NCBI GenBank assembly: GCA_003971905.1
Contig: RSEE01000150.1
Coordinates: 62,001 to 116,859, forward strand
Length of the DNA stretch: 54,859 bases
Direction of reading: 5' to 3'
DNA from: Moniliella sp. 'wahieum'
Lineage: Eukaryota
In this document: piece after piece, positions 50,958 through 54,859 of the stretch
Layout: each line of letters begins with the position of its first letter
Position numbering within the stretch: the stretch's first letter is position 1
Notes under the pieces: model-generated
Database searches by the model: none
Seen by the model: the letters and a program-made list of their open reading frames with translations, nothing else
Told to the model about the DNA's origin: nothing
Position numbers and translations under genes: made by a program

Positions 50958-53900
50958 ATGGACATCCTCGACTTTGGCCGCGACCTGGACCTGGGCGAGC
51001 TGGACGCCGTCGTGGCTGCCATGTACACGGGCTCTGGCGCTACGCAGCGTGATGCCCAGCTGCTCCTGGCCCAGTTCCAGCAGCACCCCGATGCCTGGCA
51101 GCGCGTCCCGGCTATCCTCCAGCAGTCCTCGCGCAACGAATCCAAGTACCTTGCCCTCCAGATCTTGGATCGCCTCATCGCTACTCGTTGGAAGACTCTC
51201 CCGGCCGACCAGCAGCAAGGTATGTCTCTCTCTCTCTCTATCGGGTGTTCTCTCGGGTGTTCTGTCTCCCTGTCGTCTAACCCCCTTCCCAGGCATCCGC
51301 AACTTTATCGTCGAAACCATCATCAGCGAGTCGAGCGACGAGAGCAACCTCCGTCGCCAAAAAACGTACATCAACAAGCTCGACATGACGCTGATCGAGG
51401 TACGTCCCCCCCCACTGCCTGGCCCACTCTGCGCTGGCCTTGCCTGACCTGGCTGTGCTCCTCCGTTCTCTACCCAGATCTTGAAGCAAGAGTGGCCGCA
51501 CAAGTGGCCCAACTTTATCTCTGAGATCGTCGCGTCGTCCAGGCGAGTCTCCCGATTTGCGAGAACAACATGGCCATCCTCCGGTTACTCTCGGAGGAAG
51601 TGTTTGACTTTAGTGCGGAGCAGATGACGCATGCCAAGACCGAGACGTTGAAGCGGCAATGTGTGCTGAGTTTAGTGAGGTGTTTATGCTTTGTTCCCAG
51701 GTACTCGAGAAGGCTCAGAAACCTAGCTTGATCAAGGCTACACTCGAAACTACGTTGCGCTTCCTGGGCTGGATGCCGATCGGGTTCATCTTTGAAACGA
51801 CCATCATTGATACGCTTTTGTCTAGGGTACGTTCCACCCATTCTTGCTGTGCCTACCTGTACCGATACCGATACCAGGTGCAGATGCAGATGCGCCACGG
51901 GAAACGAGGGTGAGACTGTGACTGACACTGACGATCGCTCGCCTCGACTTGCAGTTTCTCGAGGTGCCCGAGTTCCGCAACATTACGCTCAAGTGTCTTT
52001 CGGAGGTGGCTGCATTGAGCATTCCCGAGTACGAGCCCAAGTTTCTCGTTCTGTTTGAGGTGGTGATGGGAGCGATTACGCGCATGATTCCGCCCTCGGT
52101 CGATTTGGCAGCGGTGTATGCCGACAGTTCGGACGAAGAGCAGGAGATGACGTTAAATTTGGCCCTGTTCATTTGCAATTTCCTGTCGCTTCACCTGCAC
52201 GCGGTGGAGCAAGACACGCAGCATTGGGAGTTGCTGTTACGTGCCCATGCTTACCTGATCCAGATCACGCGCGTGCCGGAAAAAGAAGTGTTCCGTATCT
52301 GTCTCGAGTACTGGCTCAAGTTTGTCCGCCAGCTCTTCTCGGAAGAGTGTCGGGTGGATGGGTTTTACCCTATGATCGTCAATGGTCGGTACGTGATTAC
52401 GGGCAATGGGTTGGGCAGTGGGAACCCCAACAATGGCGGGCCGCCGTTACGCAAGTTCGGGTACGCGTCCGTGCTGTCCAACTTGCGCTTGGTCATGATT
52501 GAGCGCATGGCCACCGGAGGAAGTGTTGATTGTCGAGAATGAGGAAGGGGAGATTGTGCGTGAGTTTATGAAGGAGAGCGATGCGTTGGTGATTTACAAG
52601 ACAATGCGCGAAGTGTTGGTCTACCTCACGCACCTCGATATGCTCGACACGGAAAACATCATGACGGAGAAGTTGGCGCGGCAAGTGGATGGGACAGAGT
52701 GGGGCTGGAACCAACTCAACACGCTTTGTTGGGCTATTGGGTCCATCTCGGGTGCCATGTCCGAGGAACCGAGACGCGATTCTTGGTCACGGTGATCAAG
52801 GACTTGTTGGGGCTGTGCGAAAAGAAGCGCGGGAAAGATAACAAGGCCGTGGTGGCGTCCAACATTATGTACATTGTGGGCCAGTATCCTCGGTTCCTCA
52901 AGACGCATTGGAAGTTCCTCAAGACGGTGGTGAATAAGAACTTTGAGTTTATGCACGAAACCCACGAAGGCGTGCAGGACATGGCGTGCGATACCTTTCT
53001 CAAGATTGCGCAAAAGTGTCGAAGGCACTTTGTCATGTTCCAAGCGGGGAGCCCGAGCCGTTTATTGAGGAGATTCTACGCGTCTTGCCAGCCACGACGG
53101 CGGATTTGTCCCCACAACAAGTGTGTACGTTTTACGAGGCGGTCGGGTACATGATTTCGGCCCAACCCAACCGTACCGCACAGGAAAAACTCATTTTCCA
53201 ACTGATGCAAGTGCCCACACGGCGTGGGACGAGATTATTGCCCAGGCCAACGCCAACACGCCCGTGTTTGACAATGACCAGCAACTCAAGGTGCTGGCCA
53301 ACGTGCTCAAAACCAATGTTGCAGCCTGTACCTCGGCCGGCGGCGCGTTCCTCCCGCAGGTGGAGCGAAATCATGTGGCGACGCTCGAGGTGTACAAGAC
53401 GGTGAGTGGGTTGATCAGTTTCAAGGTGCTGAACGATGGCTGCTGGCGACCAAGACGGTGCATGTACGCTTACTGCGTACGATCAAAAAGGAGATTCTGC
53501 GGTTGGTCGAGACGTTTGTGATGCGCACGACGACCAAGCGTATGTGCATGCGAATGTGATTCCATCGTTGCTCGATGCGATCCTGCTGGACTATCGGGAC
53601 AATGCGCCTGCGGCACGCGAAGCCGAGGTACTCAATACGATGGCGACGATCGTTACGTGTTTAGGACCGTTGTTGAACGAGCAAATCCCACCGATGCTCG
53701 AGGCTGTGTTTGGTCCAACACTCAGTATGATCTCGAATGATTTTAGTGAGTTCCCCGAGCACCGCGTGGGCTTTTTCCGTCTGCTGCGCGCGATCAACGT
53801 GAAATGTTTCCCTGCGCTCTTGGGCTCGAAGCGGACCAGTTCCGCTTGACTATGGACAGCATCATGTGGGCCATCAAGCACACTATGCGCGACATTTCCG

Positions 53901-54815
53901 AGGTCGGATTGACCATCTTGTACGACCTCTTGCGCAACGTGGCGTCCAAAGCCGACCCGAACTTTGCCTCTGGGTTTTACCAAACTTACTTGCTCCCCAT
54001 TATGCAGGACATGTTCTCCGTCATGACCGATACGGAACACAAGAGCGGATTCAAGTTACAGTGCGCCGTGCTCGCTAAGATCTTTGAGTTGATCGAGAAG
54101 GATAAGGTCGATGTACCACTTTGGTCGGCGTCGGAAACCCTACCGCCCGAAGCGGGCGCTACGAACCAACTTTACATTCGCCAGTACACCGCTCAACTCT
54201 TGACTAATGCGTTTCCTAATGTTGAACCGTGCGTATCCACCTCAGGCTTTCCTCCTCCCCCCCCCCCTGTTTTTCTCTTGGCGTGGCTTGGCTTGACTTG
54301 GCTTGGTAGGAAGGAGTGGTATGCTGGATGCTTACCTTCCGCTATTGCTTTTGGTTTGTTTGTGTGCAGGGTGTACATTGAGCAGTTCGTCACGGGTCTG
54401 TGCCAGCAAGCCGGGGACATCAACAAGTACCGTACCTTGGTGCGAGACTTTCTCATCACGTCGCGCGAACAGTCGGGCAGTTTGTCGACAATGCCGACCT
54501 GCTGGAAGATGACAAGGAGGCTAAAGTCAAGGCCGAACAAGAGGAAGCAGCTAAGATCCCTGGAATGCTTAAACCGTATGTACTCTTCTCCTTTCTTTCC
54601 TTCTTTCCTTCTTTCCTTCCTCCCTTCTTTCCTCCCTCCCTTCTTCCTTCCGCCCCCCTTGCTCTTGCTCTTGCTCTTTCTCCCCGGTTCCACTCTCCCC
54701 TTTGGCACAGTGCCAAAACGTACAGGTTGATCTAACGTTTCTCCTTTGCGTTTTTTTGTTTGGTTTGTTTTGGCCTGTCAGCTCCCAAATGCAAGACGAA
54801 GACGAAGAGTTATGA
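50958..54815 (+). CDS. CRM1: Exportin-1 (nuclear export receptor)
   Basis: [109 protein letters not shown] and [17 protein letters not shown]. Introns 51220..51292, 51400..51477, 51827..51954, 54229..54369 and 54576..54781. Confidence 0.97.
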
Positions 54816-54859
54816 CTCATTCAGGAGCTGCTCTATGGCTAGCTCCTATTCCTATTCTT

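Overview
This is a GC-rich, intron-containing fungal sequence, most likely from a basidiomycete (inferred from the protein sequences, splice signals and a Cnl1-like element). Many small indels break even the essential genes, so it is probably an unpolished long-read assembly, and the gene models below were stitched by eye across frames. The left ~30 kb looks accessory. It holds a monocarboxylate-porter-type MFS gene, an orphan F-box gene, two DHA1 drug:H+ antiporter genes, a very large DUF3712/Tag1-like membrane protein gene, a small block of retroelement relics (Ty1/copia integrase plus a CRE/Cnl1-like restriction-like-endonuclease 3' end) and an AT-richer gene-poor island. The right ~25 kb holds conserved genes: TRM44, CDK1/cdc2, an OPT (YSL-like) transporter, a CHORD-CHORD-CS co-chaperone and exportin CRM1. 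The most striking unexplained signal is non-coding. More than 30 short intergenic arrays repeat a T-N-A triplet in exact 7-bp register. The 4-nt spacers vary but are mostly palindromic (13 of the 16 possible palindromic tetramers seen), which gives a reverse-complement-symmetric TNAnnnnTNA grammar clustered in intergenic DNA, often upstream of genes.
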